This document shows positions 1 through 8,896 of a stretch of DNA of 34,130 nt, one piece after another. The stretch lies in the IMG/VR virus record IMGVR_UViG_3300034777_000233, positions 1 to 34,130 of that record. One strand, written 5' to 3'. Both the position numbers and the translations under genes were made by a program. How positions within the stretch are numbered: position 1 is the stretch's first letter; every line of letters begins with the position of its first letter. The DNA is from a virus. Lineage: Duplodnaviria > Caudoviricetes. A model generated the notes under the pieces. It did not search any database, was not told the DNA's origin, and saw nothing but the letters and a program-made list of their open reading frames with translations.

Positions 1-2
1 GT

Positions 3-830
3 GGAATATTTAGATTTTTACTATCAGGTAATACTACTGGAAGTGGTCTAAGCGAAAGAATGCGTATTACAAATACCGGCAACGTCGGAATCGGAACAAC
101 AAGTCCTTCTTATAAATTGGACGTTAATGGTGTTATTAGAGGTGAGCAGTACTTAAGGTTAGCAGATACAGGTGGTACAAACCAATTTAGTATTAGAGCA
201 GAGTCAACATACGGTACACTTGACAACGGGTCTAAAACATTTAACTACATAGCTAGTAATCATTTGTTTTTAGTTGGGGTATCTGAAAAAATGCGTATTA
301 ATTCTTCTGGCAACGTTGGGATTGGAGTTACTAGTCCTAGCGAAAAGCTAGAAGTAAATGGTACTGTAAAAGCATCAGCAACCACAGACGCTTATAAGGG
401 ATATATCAAACAAAACGTGAATAGTTATGGGGCTGAAAAGGTAGAAAGCTCTAACTATTATTTTACCTCTTACAACACTACATCCACAGTAACTAGCGCT
501 CAAGCATACAATAGAACAGTTGCTGCTTATAGCGGTAGGGTTAAAAAAGTATATATAAGGCATGGAGGGGCTAGTACACCAACTGCAACAGCTGTTAATT
601 TTAAAAAGCACACGAACGGCACAACCTCTTCAACAGTGTATTCTGCCACGGTGGCTAACGCCGCCAGTGCAAACATGTCTGCATATTATGAATTTGGAAA
701 TAATGACTTTACTTTTAACGCTGGAGACTTAGTAGGTCTTTTGTATCAGACTACAGATGCTTTTGGGACGGTCTCTAAGACCATGGGAGGCGTAGCTGTT
801 ACTATAACACTTGAATACAACATTACTTAA
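3..830 (+). CDS. Tail fibre/spike protein, C-terminal part (5'-truncated by window edge)
   Basis: The frame is open from position 3 (GIFRFLLSGNTTGSGLSERMRI...), so the ATG at 60 is internal. It has two RMRIxxxGNVGIGxTSPSxKLxVNG repeats typical of Bacteroidota phage fibres, then a Thr/Ser/Ala-rich beta-type C-terminal domain. Confidence 0.75.
   Translation, partial: GIFRFLLSGNTTGSGLSERMRITNTGNVGIGTTSPSYKLDVNGVIRGEQYLRLADTGGTNQFSIRAESTYGTLDNGSKTFNYIASNHLFLVGVSEKMRINSSGNVGIGVTSPSEKLEVNGTVKASATTDAYKGYIKQNVNSYGAEKVESSNYYFTSYNTTSTVTSAQAYNRTVAAYSGRVKKVYIRHGGASTPTATAVNFKKHTNGTTSSTVYSATVANAASANMSAYYEFGNNDFTFNAGDLVGLLYQTTDAFGTVSKTMGGVAVTITLEYNIT
57..370 (+). repeat. Two GNVGIG shaft repeats in the tail fibre
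   Basis: RMRITNTGNVGIGTTSPSYKLDVNGVIR (~57-140) versus KMRINSSGNVGIGVTSPSEKLEVNGTVK (~288-371). DNA similarity is visible (atgcgtatta...ggcaacgt.gg.at.gga...ac.agtcct). Confidence 0.8.
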
Positions 831-831
831 T

Positions 832-1401
832 ATGGCTAGTATAAACGATAATATAAGAAGCAAAAAACTTTACAAAAGTGGCGATACAACAAGAGCTTAT
901 AAAGACTCTAGCGGTGAAATAGTTGTCCCCTCTAAAGTAGCTATGGAAATAGCTGCAGTATCAGATATAACAGAACTTTTAAATGACCATGACAACTACA
1001 CAAAGTCGATATATCTTTTGAAAGAAATAGAAAACATGAGGCAAGATATAGAGGAGCTTCATGCGTTCGTAAAAGACGCTTTTGGTAAAGATTCCACAAG
1101 CGCCGCATCTAAAGGAGACACAGGCGCTACAGGTCCACAAGGACCTCAAGGCCCTCAGGGGCCCGCAGGGGCAACTGGAGCTACAGGTCCAGCAGGGCCG
1201 GCAGGTATTAACGGCTCAGATGGTGAAAATGGAAAAAATGGCGCTGACGCTTACATAAATGTTACTAATTGTAAAGGAATATTTATGGGCACAGTTAAAA
1301 ATATTAAAATTTGCGAAGAATATATAGATATAAACTGGGTAGACGCTAAAGGTACATCGCAGATGCCTGTAAGATGCGCAACTCAGGTAGTTAAAAATTA
1401 A
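832..1401 (+). CDS. Collagen-like (Gly-X-Y) repeat protein, probably fibre-associated
   Basis: The likely start is ATG 832, just after the upstream stop (TAAtATG). A coiled-coil segment (LLKEIENMRQDIEELH) is followed by about 15 Gly-X-Y triplets, GDTGATGPQGPQGPQGPAGATGATGPAGPAGINGSDGENGKNGAD (~1114-1248). Confidence 0.75.
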   Translation: MASINDNIRSKKLYKSGDTTRAYKDSSGEIVVPSKVAMEIAAVSDITELLNDHDNYTKSIYLLKEIENMRQDIEELHAFVKDAFGKDSTSAASKGDTGATGPQGPQGPQGPAGATGATGPAGPAGINGSDGENGKNGADAYINVTNCKGIFMGTVKNIKICEEYIDINWVDAKGTSQMPVRCATQVVKN

Positions 1402-1405
1402 AAAA

Positions 1406-1726
1406 ATGATAACATACAATTGGAATTGCAGAACAGTAGACATACACCCAGAAAAAGGTGATTTGACGGATGTGGTATATAACATTCATTGGAAACTAAC
1501 AGGAAAAGAAGGGGAGCATGAGGTAGAATCTATAGGCGCTGTAGCTGTAGTTTTAGATCCTGACGCAACTTTTATTCCCTTCGAAGACTTAACTAATTCT
1601 ATAATAACGGGTTGGGCAAAAAACGCAATTGGAGCGGAAGGAGTTCAAGGTATAAAAGATGGTATTGATTCTCAAATACAAGAAATGATAGCACCAACTA
1701 GCGAAACTAGGACTATAGAAGATTAA
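1406..1726 (+). CDS. Phage hypothetical protein (DUF7936-like, often beside fibre genes)
   Basis: 106 aa with the pattern TYNW...DVVYNIHWKLTG...FIPFEDLT...W, recalled from marine phage proteins. It is tightly packed in the operon. Confidence 0.55.
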   Translation: MITYNWNCRTVDIHPEKGDLTDVVYNIHWKLTGKEGEHEVESIGAVAVVLDPDATFIPFEDLTNSIITGWAKNAIGAEGVQGIKDGIDSQIQEMIAPTSETRTIED

Positions 1727-1782
1727 AGTAATACGTAAATACGTAATACTTAACTATATGTTAAATACTTAAATTAAATAAA

Positions 1783-2022
1783 ATGGCAAAAAAAATTAAA
1801 AAAGAAGAATTAGAAGAATTAAAAACATTAATTAATAATTTTAATAAATTACAATTAGAATTAGGAAGGTTAGATATTGAAAAGCACCAAATATTGCATA
1901 AAGTTTCAGAATCTCAAATAGGGTTGCAAAAATTCCAAGACCAACTGAAGGACGCTTATGGTGATGTTAGTGTTGATATAAATACTGGAGAAATAAAAGA
2001 AAATGTTAATAAGGAAGATTAG
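1783..2022 (+). CDS. Small coiled-coil hypothetical protein
   Basis: 79 aa, heptad-rich, ending in YGDVSVDINTGEI. The upstream initiation region is A-rich. Confidence 0.7.
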   Translation: MAKKIKKEELEELKTLINNFNKLQLELGRLDIEKHQILHKVSESQIGLQKFQDQLKDAYGDVSVDINTGEIKENVNKED

Positions 2023-2218
2023 CATTGGGTCAAATTATAAGAATGACGCCATGCACTATTCTGTAGGTCAGGAAGTGTATGGTGGTCATACTATATATAA
2101 TATAATAGAAGAAGACGAAAAGTACTCTATATATATTAAAAAGAAAGACGAAGTACTGCCGTGGAAAGATTTTAATAAGAACATGGCGGTATCTGTAGAA
2201 TACAATCTAGACTATTAA
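2003..2218 (+). CDS. Conserved phage hypothetical protein
   Basis: 71 aa (IRKISIGSNYKNDAMHYSVGQ...WKDFNKNMAVSVEYNL). It overlaps the upstream gene and is coupled to the next by TAATG. Confidence 0.7.
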   Translation: MLIRKISIGSNYKNDAMHYSVGQEVYGGHTIYNIIEEDEKYSIYIKKKDEVLPWKDFNKNMAVSVEYNLDY

Positions 2219-2805
2219 TGAATTCGTTGTTAGATTTTATAGTAATTCCTAAGGGCAAAATTACTACTTCAATAAAAAATGTAAACAATAAAAATATTAT
2301 TTTAAATACTGAATTGCAAAACCATAACTACGTTAATAGAATTGGTGTTGTAATTGCTGAGCCTTTAATTAATAATACCAATATTAAAAAAGGTGATGAG
2401 ATTATAGTGCACCATAATGTTTTTAGAAGGTTTTATGATATTAGAGGCAAAGAAAAAAATAGCAGAAGTTATCTCGAAGAAAATAAATACCTTGTTAATC
2501 AACAACAAATTTTCGCAGTTAAAAAAGAACGGTGGGAGTGTTTAAAAGGTTTTTGTTTTGTAAAGCCACTAAAAGAAGACAAGATGTTCTCTATGGATTT
2601 TGAAAAGCCTGGTATTGGAATTGTAAAATATACAGATGGCTCTATTGAAAAAAATGCCTTAGTAGGCTACAAGCTGGGGTTTGAATATGATTTTTACATA
2701 GATAAAGAAAAATTATATAGAGTACCCGCAAATCAAATTACAATTAAATATGAATATCAAGGAGACGAAGAAGAGTATAATCCAAGCTGGGCAAAAAGCA
2801 GTTGA
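2218..2805 (+). CDS. GroES-like co-chaperonin (two tandem GroES-like units)
   Basis: First unit: FIVIP...IIL...GVVIAEP...IKKGDEIIVHH. Second unit: CFVKP...GIVKY...VGY...YRV. Both resemble Cpn10 beta-barrel patterns, and the gene lies just upstream of the packaging/head genes. Confidence 0.55.
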   Translation: MNSLLDFIVIPKGKITTSIKNVNNKNIILNTELQNHNYVNRIGVVIAEPLINNTNIKKGDEIIVHHNVFRRFYDIRGKEKNSRSYLEENKYLVNQQQIFAVKKERWECLKGFCFVKPLKEDKMFSMDFEKPGIGIVKYTDGSIEKNALVGYKLGFEYDFYIDKEKLYRVPANQITIKYEYQGDEEEYNPSWAKSS

Positions 2806-3025
2806 GGAATTAATTAAAGTTGCCAAAGAGGCTATTGTAGATTCGGATGATGATATTAGCGCGGATAGACTTAAGAATGCAGCTGCTACAAAAAAGCTAG
2901 CAATATTTGATGCTTTTGAAATATTAAACAGAATACAGGAAGAAGATAATTTGTTGAATGACAGACCTAAAGAGGAACAAAAGAAACAAGTTTTTAAAGG
3001 GTTTGCGGAAAAAAGATCAAAATAA
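2750..3025 (+). CDS. Putative terminase small subunit
   Basis: 91-aa helical protein immediately upstream of terL and coupled to it by TAATG. The call is positional. Confidence 0.55.
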   Translation: MNIKETKKSIIQAGQKAVEELIKVAKEAIVDSDDDISADRLKNAAATKKLAIFDAFEILNRIQEEDNLLNDRPKEEQKKQVFKGFAEKRSK

Positions 3026-5235
3026 TGTACGAGCAGTCATTATATGAGGTTATAACGCCTATAAGATCTAATACTATAACTAGGCTAAATAAGTCTAAGA
3101 AATGGAAGTATGGCTATAATAAAGAGCACGATGTTGTAGTTATAAGTAAGACGGGGCAAATTGGAGAGATATATAATATACAGAGTTTAAAAATAGCTCT
3201 GCCAAAAGCGCCTAGTAAATTAAATAAAGAAAATAATAAATGGGTTGCTGAAGAATATCCAAAAGAATTAAAGCAAATACAGAGTATATTTGATTGGAGA
3301 GAATATCCTGAGCAATTCAAAGAAAAATGGGAACCTTATATAGATGAGCAATTTAAAAGAAGAGACGAAGGCCATTGGTTCTATAATAAGAGTTTGGCTA
3401 CTTACATTACTGGTACTCACTTTATGTACCTGCAGCACTCCAAGATTGACGTTGGGAAGCCAGACTTTAGGGAAGCAAACAGATTATTCTTTATATTCTG
3501 GGAGGCTTGCAAAGCAGACTCACGATCTTACGGAATGTGCTATCTTAAAAACCGTCGTTCAGGATTTTCATTTATGTCTTCAGCAGAGACCGTTAATTTG
3601 GCAACAATTACTTCAGATGCACGGTACGGTATCTTGTCTAAGTCTGGAGCCGATGCTAAGAAAATGTTCACAGATAAGGTCGTCCCTATATCTGTCAACT
3701 ACCCGTTCTTTTTCAAACCCATCCAGGACGGTATGGACAGACCTAAAACCGAACTTGCCTATAGAATACCAGCCAGTAGACTCACTAGAAAATCGATACA
3801 AGCGAAAAAAGACCAGGAGCTACTCGAAGGGTTGGATACCACAATCGACTGGAAGAACACAGGGGATAACTCCTACGATGGAGAGAAACTTAAACTCCTC
3901 GTCCACGATGAATCAGGGAAGTGGGAAAGACCGGACAACATCCTCAACAACTGGAGGGTTACGAAAACAACGTTAAGATTAGGAGCTAGGATTATAGGTA
4001 AGTGTATGATGGGTTCAACATCAAATGCTTTAGATAAAGGAGGAGATAACTTTAAAAAATTATATAATGATTCTGATGTTACCAAACGAAACAGAAATGG
4101 ACAAACTAAGTCAGGATTATATTCTTTGTTCATACCTATGGAATGGAATTACGAGGGATTCATTGATTCTTTTGGGATGCCTGTATTCGAAACCCCACTT
4201 GAGCATTGTGAGGGACCATATGGAGACGTTATAGACGTTGGCGTAATAGAACATTGGAACAATGAGGTTGAAGGATTAAAAGGCGATCAGGATGCTCTAA
4301 ATGAGTTCTACAGGCAATTTCCACGAACAGAAGAGCATGCATTTCGCGATGAAACTAAAAATAGTATATTTAATTTAGTAAAAATATACGAGCAGATAGA
4401 TTATAACGAAGATTTAAAAAATAGTAGCGTTGTTACTACCGGGAGTTTTTCTTGGGAAAACGGCATTAAAGATACTAAGGTGAGATTCACGCCCAATCCT
4501 CAGGGTAGGTTTAAAGTCAGTTGGGTTCCAGATTATAGTTTACAAAACAGACAGGTTATAAAAAACGGTGTTAAATATCCGGGTAACGATCACATGGGAG
4601 CATTCGGCTGCGATAGCTATGACATATCAGGAACAGTAGGAGGCAGCGGATCGAAAGGAGCTTTACACGGGCTAACCAAATTTTCAATGGAAAATGCACC
4701 TCCTAATCATTTTTTTTTAGAATATATAGCACGGCCACAAACAGCTGAAATGTTTTTTGAAGATGTTTTAATGTCTTTAGTATTTTATGGAATGCCGTTG
4801 TTAGCTGAAAATAATAAACCTAGATTGCTGTATTATTTAAAAAGAAGAGGATACAGAGGCTATTCAATGAACAGACCGGATAAGCTATGGAATAAACTTT
4901 CCGTGGCAGAAAAAGAAATAGGCGGAATACCAAACTCAAGCGAGGATATAAAGCAAGCTCACGCAGCGGCTATCGAAAGCTATATAGATAAGTATGTAGG
5001 TTTGCTAGATGATAATACCTACGGCACTTTGTATTTTAGTTCAACATTAAATGATTGGTCTAAGTTTGATATAAACAAAAGAACAAAATTTGATGCTGCA
5101 ATCAGTAGCGGGTTGGCTATAATGGCATGCAATAAAAACCTTTATAGACCAATACCCTCGACACAAAAACAAAAACTAAATTTAAATATTGCTAAATATA
5201 ATAATGGCAGTAATATTTCAAAAATAATAAAATAA
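3025..5235 (+). CDS. terL: Terminase large subunit
   Basis: 736 aa with Walker A-like LKNRRSGFS, Walker B LLVHDESGK, motif III MGST, RNase H-like nuclease FGCDSYD...LAENN, and C-terminal FDAAIS. It precedes the portal. Confidence 0.92.
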   Translation: MYEQSLYEVITPIRSNTITRLNKSKKWKYGYNKEHDVVVISKTGQIGEIYNIQSLKIALPKAPSKLNKENNKWVAEEYPKELKQIQSIFDWREYPEQFKEKWEPYIDEQFKRRDEGHWFYNKSLATYITGTHFMYLQHSKIDVGKPDFREANRLFFIFWEACKADSRSYGMCYLKNRRSGFSFMSSAETVNLATITSDARYGILSKSGADAKKMFTDKVVPISVNYPFFFKPIQDGMDRPKTELAYRIPASRLTRKSIQAKKDQELLEGLDTTIDWKNTGDNSYDGEKLKLLVHDESGKWERPDNILNNWRVTKTTLRLGARIIGKCMMGSTSNALDKGGDNFKKLYNDSDVTKRNRNGQTKSGLYSLFIPMEWNYEGFIDSFGMPVFETPLEHCEGPYGDVIDVGVIEHWNNEVEGLKGDQDALNEFYRQFPRTEEHAFRDETKNSIFNLVKIYEQIDYNEDLKNSSVVTTGSFSWENGIKDTKVRFTPNPQGRFKVSWVPDYSLQNRQVIKNGVKYPGNDHMGAFGCDSYDISGTVGGSGSKGALHGLTKFSMENAPPNHFFLEYIARPQTAEMFFEDVLMSLVFYGMPLLAENNKPRLLYYLKRRGYRGYSMNRPDKLWNKLSVAEKEIGGIPNSSEDIKQAHAAAIESYIDKYVGLLDDNTYGTLYFSSTLNDWSKFDINKRTKFDAAISSGLAIMACNKNLYRPIPSTQKQKLNLNIAKYNNGSNISKIIK
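3344..3976 (+). CDS. Candidate overprinted gene in terL +1 frame: 210 aa with signal/lipoprotein-like N-terminus
   Basis: 210 stop-free codons in the +1 frame of an AT-rich gene, with synonymous avoidance of NTA codons before purines. The N-terminus has K/R, the hydrophobic core VWLLTLLVLTL, then CTCS. Confidence 0.55.
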   Translation: MSNLKEETKAIGSIIRVWLLTLLVLTLCTCSTPRLTLGSQTLGKQTDYSLYSGRLAKQTHDLTECAILKTVVQDFHLCLQQRPLIWQQLLQMHGTVSCLSLEPMLRKCSQIRSSLYLSTTRSFSNPSRTVWTDLKPNLPIEYQPVDSLENRYKRKKTRSYSKGWIPQSTGRTQGITPTMERNLNSSSTMNQGSGKDRTTSSTTGGLRKQR

Positions 5236-5237
5236 GT

Positions 5238-7670
5238 ATGGCTGAATCAGTTGTAAAAAGTTCTTTTCCTAGTCAAGTTGCTAGTGATGCTGAAAAAATT
5301 TCTTCGGAATACGGCTTAAAAGTTGGGCGAGCAATTCAAGACGAGTGGTTCAAAACAGATTCTGGAGCTAATTCAAATAGATTTGTTAGTAACCAGCACA
5401 CTTTTCATAAATTACGATTATACGCAAGAGGTGAACAGCCTATACAAAAGTACAAAGATGAGCTGTCAATAAACGGCGATTTATCTTATTTAAATTTAGA
5501 TTGGAAACCTGTGCCTATTATTCCCAAGTTTGTAGATATCGTAGTAAACGGTATGGCAGAAAGGAACTTCGATATAAAAGCATATTCTCAGGATCCGTAT
5601 GGAGTGAGCAAAAGAACACAATATATGGAGGATGTGCTTAGAGATATGCACGCTAAAGATTTATCTGAGTTTGTGCAAAATGAATTTGGTATATCAATAT
5701 TTAAAACGAATGTAGAAGACCTACCTGAAACAAAAGAGGAATTAGAAATACACATGCAGCTGACTTACAAGCAGGCTGTAGAAATAGCGGAGGAGCAGGC
5801 GATAAACACTTTGCTAGAAGGCAATTCTTATGATCTTACGCAAAGAAGAACTTATTATGATTTAACCACCATAGGCATTGGGGCTGTAAAAAACAGGTTT
5901 ACCTTATCGGAAGGAGTTGTGGTTGATTATGTAGACCCAGCTAATTTAGTTTACTCATATACTGAATCACCATATTTTGAAGATATATACTATGTTGGCG
6001 AAGTAAAAGACATTACAATAAATGATCTTAAAAAGCAATTCCCAAGTTTAACAAACGATGACTTAGAAAAAATATCTAAAACGTCTTATCAAAGCAATAG
6101 CTTTTACAACAGACCACTAAACAATTCGGCTTCACCGGATGTAAATACCGTACAGGTGCTGTATTTTAATTTTAAAACCTACATGAACGAGGTTTACAAG
6201 ATTAAAGAAACTGCTACTGGGGCCAGCAAAATAGTTTTAAGAGATGATCAATTTGATCCACCCGTAGAAATGCTAGAGGAGCAATTTGGCAAGCTTTCAA
6301 GGTCTTTAGAGGTTTTATACGAAGGAGTATTAATACTAGGTACAGAGTATTTGTTAAAGTGGGAAATGGCTAAAAATATGATGCGGCCAAAAAGCGACTA
6401 TACTAAGGTGTTAATGAATTACAGTATTGTTGCTCCACGGATGTACAAAGGTAAAATTGAGTCTCTAGTGAGTCGTATAACGGGCTTCGCTGACATGATC
6501 CAACTCACGCATTTAAAGTTGCAGCAGGTATTATCTCGTATGGTACCGGATGGGGTTTATCTTGACGCTGACGGCTTAGCCGAGGTTGATTTAGGAAACG
6601 GAACAAATTACAACCCTCAAGAAGCATTAAATATGTTTTTCCAAACAGGTTCTGTAATTGGTAGGTCATTTACTCAAGAAGGCGATATGAATCCGGGCAA
6701 AGTGCCTATTCAAGAAATAACAAGCGGATCTGGGGGTAATAAAATGGCAGCCTTAATTAACACATATAATTATTACCTACAAATGATTCGAGACACAACG
6801 GGTCTAAATGAAGCTAGAGACGGCAGCACACCTGATTCAAGAGCTTTAGTAGGTATACAAAAAATAGCTGCGGCAAATAGTAATACTGCTACAAGGCATA
6901 TTCTTAATGGAGGTTTATATTTAACAGCCACATTAGCGGAATGTTTATCTCTTAGAATATCTGATATATTAGAATTTTCACCTACGAGAGATGCTTTTAT
7001 ACAGAAAATAGGGGGTCATAATGTAGCTACGCTTGAAGAAATGAGCGGATTGCATTTATATGATTTCGGCATATTTCTAGAGCTTACTCCTGACGAAGAA
7101 GAAAAGCAACAGTTAGAAAACAACATTCAAACAGCATTGTCTGCTGGGTTAATAGAGCTTTCCGACGCTATCGACATACGGGAAATAAAAAACATTAAAT
7201 TAGCCAATCAGGTATTAAAGCTAAGAAGAAAGAAAAAACAAGAGCGTGATCAGCTAATGCAACAGCAAAATATTCAAGCTCAGGCTCAAGCAAATGCTCA
7301 AGCGCAACAAGTAGCGGCCCAGGCTGAAGTACAAAAAAATCAAGCTTTAAAACAACAAGAAATAGAGCTAAAGCAAATTGAAGCACAATTGAACGAAAGA
7401 AAAATGCAGCTAGAGGTGCAATCAAAGATGCAGTTAATGAATTTGGAGTTTCAGTATAACGTGCAGCTAAGAAACATGGATACTCAGCAAAAAGATGCAG
7501 TTGAAAATTCTAAAGAAGATAGAAAAGATCAAAGAATAAAAATGCAAGGCTCCCAGCAAAGCGAGCTAATAGATCAAAGAAAGAATAATACACCCCCTAA
7601 AAACTTCGAATCTAGCGGAAACGATATATTAGGAGGCGGATTTGACTTAGGTTCTTTCGAGCCCAAGTAA
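5238..7670 (+). CDS. Portal protein
   Basis: 810 aa directly after terL. It has PIIPKFVDIVVNG and TGLNEARDG segments of the crAss/P22-like portal type and a Gln-rich C-terminal coiled-coil barrel. Confidence 0.85.
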   Translation: MAESVVKSSFPSQVASDAEKISSEYGLKVGRAIQDEWFKTDSGANSNRFVSNQHTFHKLRLYARGEQPIQKYKDELSINGDLSYLNLDWKPVPIIPKFVDIVVNGMAERNFDIKAYSQDPYGVSKRTQYMEDVLRDMHAKDLSEFVQNEFGISIFKTNVEDLPETKEELEIHMQLTYKQAVEIAEEQAINTLLEGNSYDLTQRRTYYDLTTIGIGAVKNRFTLSEGVVVDYVDPANLVYSYTESPYFEDIYYVGEVKDITINDLKKQFPSLTNDDLEKISKTSYQSNSFYNRPLNNSASPDVNTVQVLYFNFKTYMNEVYKIKETATGASKIVLRDDQFDPPVEMLEEQFGKLSRSLEVLYEGVLILGTEYLLKWEMAKNMMRPKSDYTKVLMNYSIVAPRMYKGKIESLVSRITGFADMIQLTHLKLQQVLSRMVPDGVYLDADGLAEVDLGNGTNYNPQEALNMFFQTGSVIGRSFTQEGDMNPGKVPIQEITSGSGGNKMAALINTYNYYLQMIRDTTGLNEARDGSTPDSRALVGIQKIAAANSNTATRHILNGGLYLTATLAECLSLRISDILEFSPTRDAFIQKIGGHNVATLEEMSGLHLYDFGIFLELTPDEEEKQQLENNIQTALSAGLIELSDAIDIREIKNIKLANQVLKLRRKKKQERDQLMQQQNIQAQAQANAQAQQVAAQAEVQKNQALKQQEIELKQIEAQLNERKMQLEVQSKMQLMNLEFQYNVQLRNMDTQQKDAVENSKEDRKDQRIKMQGSQQSELIDQRKNNTPPKNFESSGNDILGGGFDLGSFEPK

Positions 7671-7705
7671 TAATAGTAATAGTAGTAATTTTATAATATT
7701 TTATC

Positions 7706-8875
7706 ATGGAAAACAAAGAAAACGAAGCAGCTAATCCTGAAGAAATTAAACAGGAAGTAGTGCAAGAATCAGGCCCCGTAACAAAGGACGAAGATGGCAC
7801 AATTAAAGTTAATTTATCAGAATTAAATAACACGGAAGAAGATGCCATTCAAAACGAAAGCCCAGATGACAGCAATGATGTTGTCGAGCAACCCGAAAAC
7901 GAGACAAGTAGCGAAGAAGTGGTTCAAGAAGTACGGGAGCCCGAGCAAGTCGAGGAATCAGTACTTGAAGAAATAATAGAAGAAGAAGTTCAAGAGCAAA
8001 CAGAGCAACTAACCGAGGATGTTGCCGAAGCAATTGCAGAACAAAAAGAAACAGGTATTGAATTACCTGAAAATATTCAAAAAGTTGTTGACTTTATGAA
8101 TGAAACCGGCGGTAGCCTAGAAGATTATGTAAAGCTAAATACCGATTATTCTTCATTAAATGAAACACAATTATTAAGAGAGTATTACGAAAACACAAGA
8201 CCTCATCTTGACAAAGAAGAAATTGACTTTTTAATGGAAGACAATTTTTCTTATGACGAAGAGTTAGACGAGGAAAGAAATGTGCGTAAAAAGAAAATAG
8301 CTTATAAAGAAGAGCTAGCGAAGGCTAAGAATCATTTGAATGGATTAAAGTCTAAATATTACGAAGAAATTAAAGCTGGATCAAAATTAAATCCAGAGCA
8401 ACAAAAAGCAGTTGAATTTTTCAACCGCTATAACAAACAGGAAGAGGAAGCAACGCAGCAAAAAACTACGTTTTTAAATCAAACCAATCAGGTTTTTAAT
8501 AAAGATTTCAAAGGTTTTGAATATCAAGTTGGAGACAAAAAGTATAGGTTTAATGTTAAGAATGCAGGTGAGGTAAAGACTACTCAAAGCGACATTAATA
8601 ATTTTGTTAAGAAGTTCTTAAACGATAAAAATGAAATGTCAGACGCTAGGGGTTATCATAAATCACTATTTACTGCAATGAATCCTGACGCAGTCGCAAA
8701 GCACTTTTATGAGCAAGGTAAAGCCGATGCCATGAAAGAAAGTATGGCTAGAACAAAGAATGTCAATATGGATCCGAGAGGGGTTCATGAAAATACGACA
8801 CTCCAAAACGGCTGGAAAGTGCGATCTGTTAATGGTGTAGATTCTTCCAGATTAAAAGTAAAAATAAAAAAATAA
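7706..8875 (+). CDS. Capsid scaffolding protein (putative)
   Basis: 389 aa with a very acidic, disordered N-terminus and a helical C-terminus. It lies between portal and capsid. Confidence 0.65.
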   Translation: MENKENEAANPEEIKQEVVQESGPVTKDEDGTIKVNLSELNNTEEDAIQNESPDDSNDVVEQPENETSSEEVVQEVREPEQVEESVLEEIIEEEVQEQTEQLTEDVAEAIAEQKETGIELPENIQKVVDFMNETGGSLEDYVKLNTDYSSLNETQLLREYYENTRPHLDKEEIDFLMEDNFSYDEELDEERNVRKKKIAYKEELAKAKNHLNGLKSKYYEEIKAGSKLNPEQQKAVEFFNRYNKQEEEATQQKTTFLNQTNQVFNKDFKGFEYQVGDKKYRFNVKNAGEVKTTQSDINNFVKKFLNDKNEMSDARGYHKSLFTAMNPDAVAKHFYEQGKADAMKESMARTKNVNMDPRGVHENTTLQNGWKVRSVNGVDSSRLKVKIKK

Positions 8876-8896
8876 ACAACTTAAAATTAAAATACT

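Noticed and set aside
811-831. Track start at TTG 811 for the collagen protein (likewise GTG 31538 for the DUF5872-like gene)
   Set aside because: ATGs at 832 and 31571 directly follow the upstream stops, matching the coupling pattern seen throughout the operon.
7255-7400. Gln/Ala low-complexity repeat (QAQAQANAQAQQ) in the portal
   Set aside because: Ordinary coiled-coil barrel of P22/crAss-type portals.
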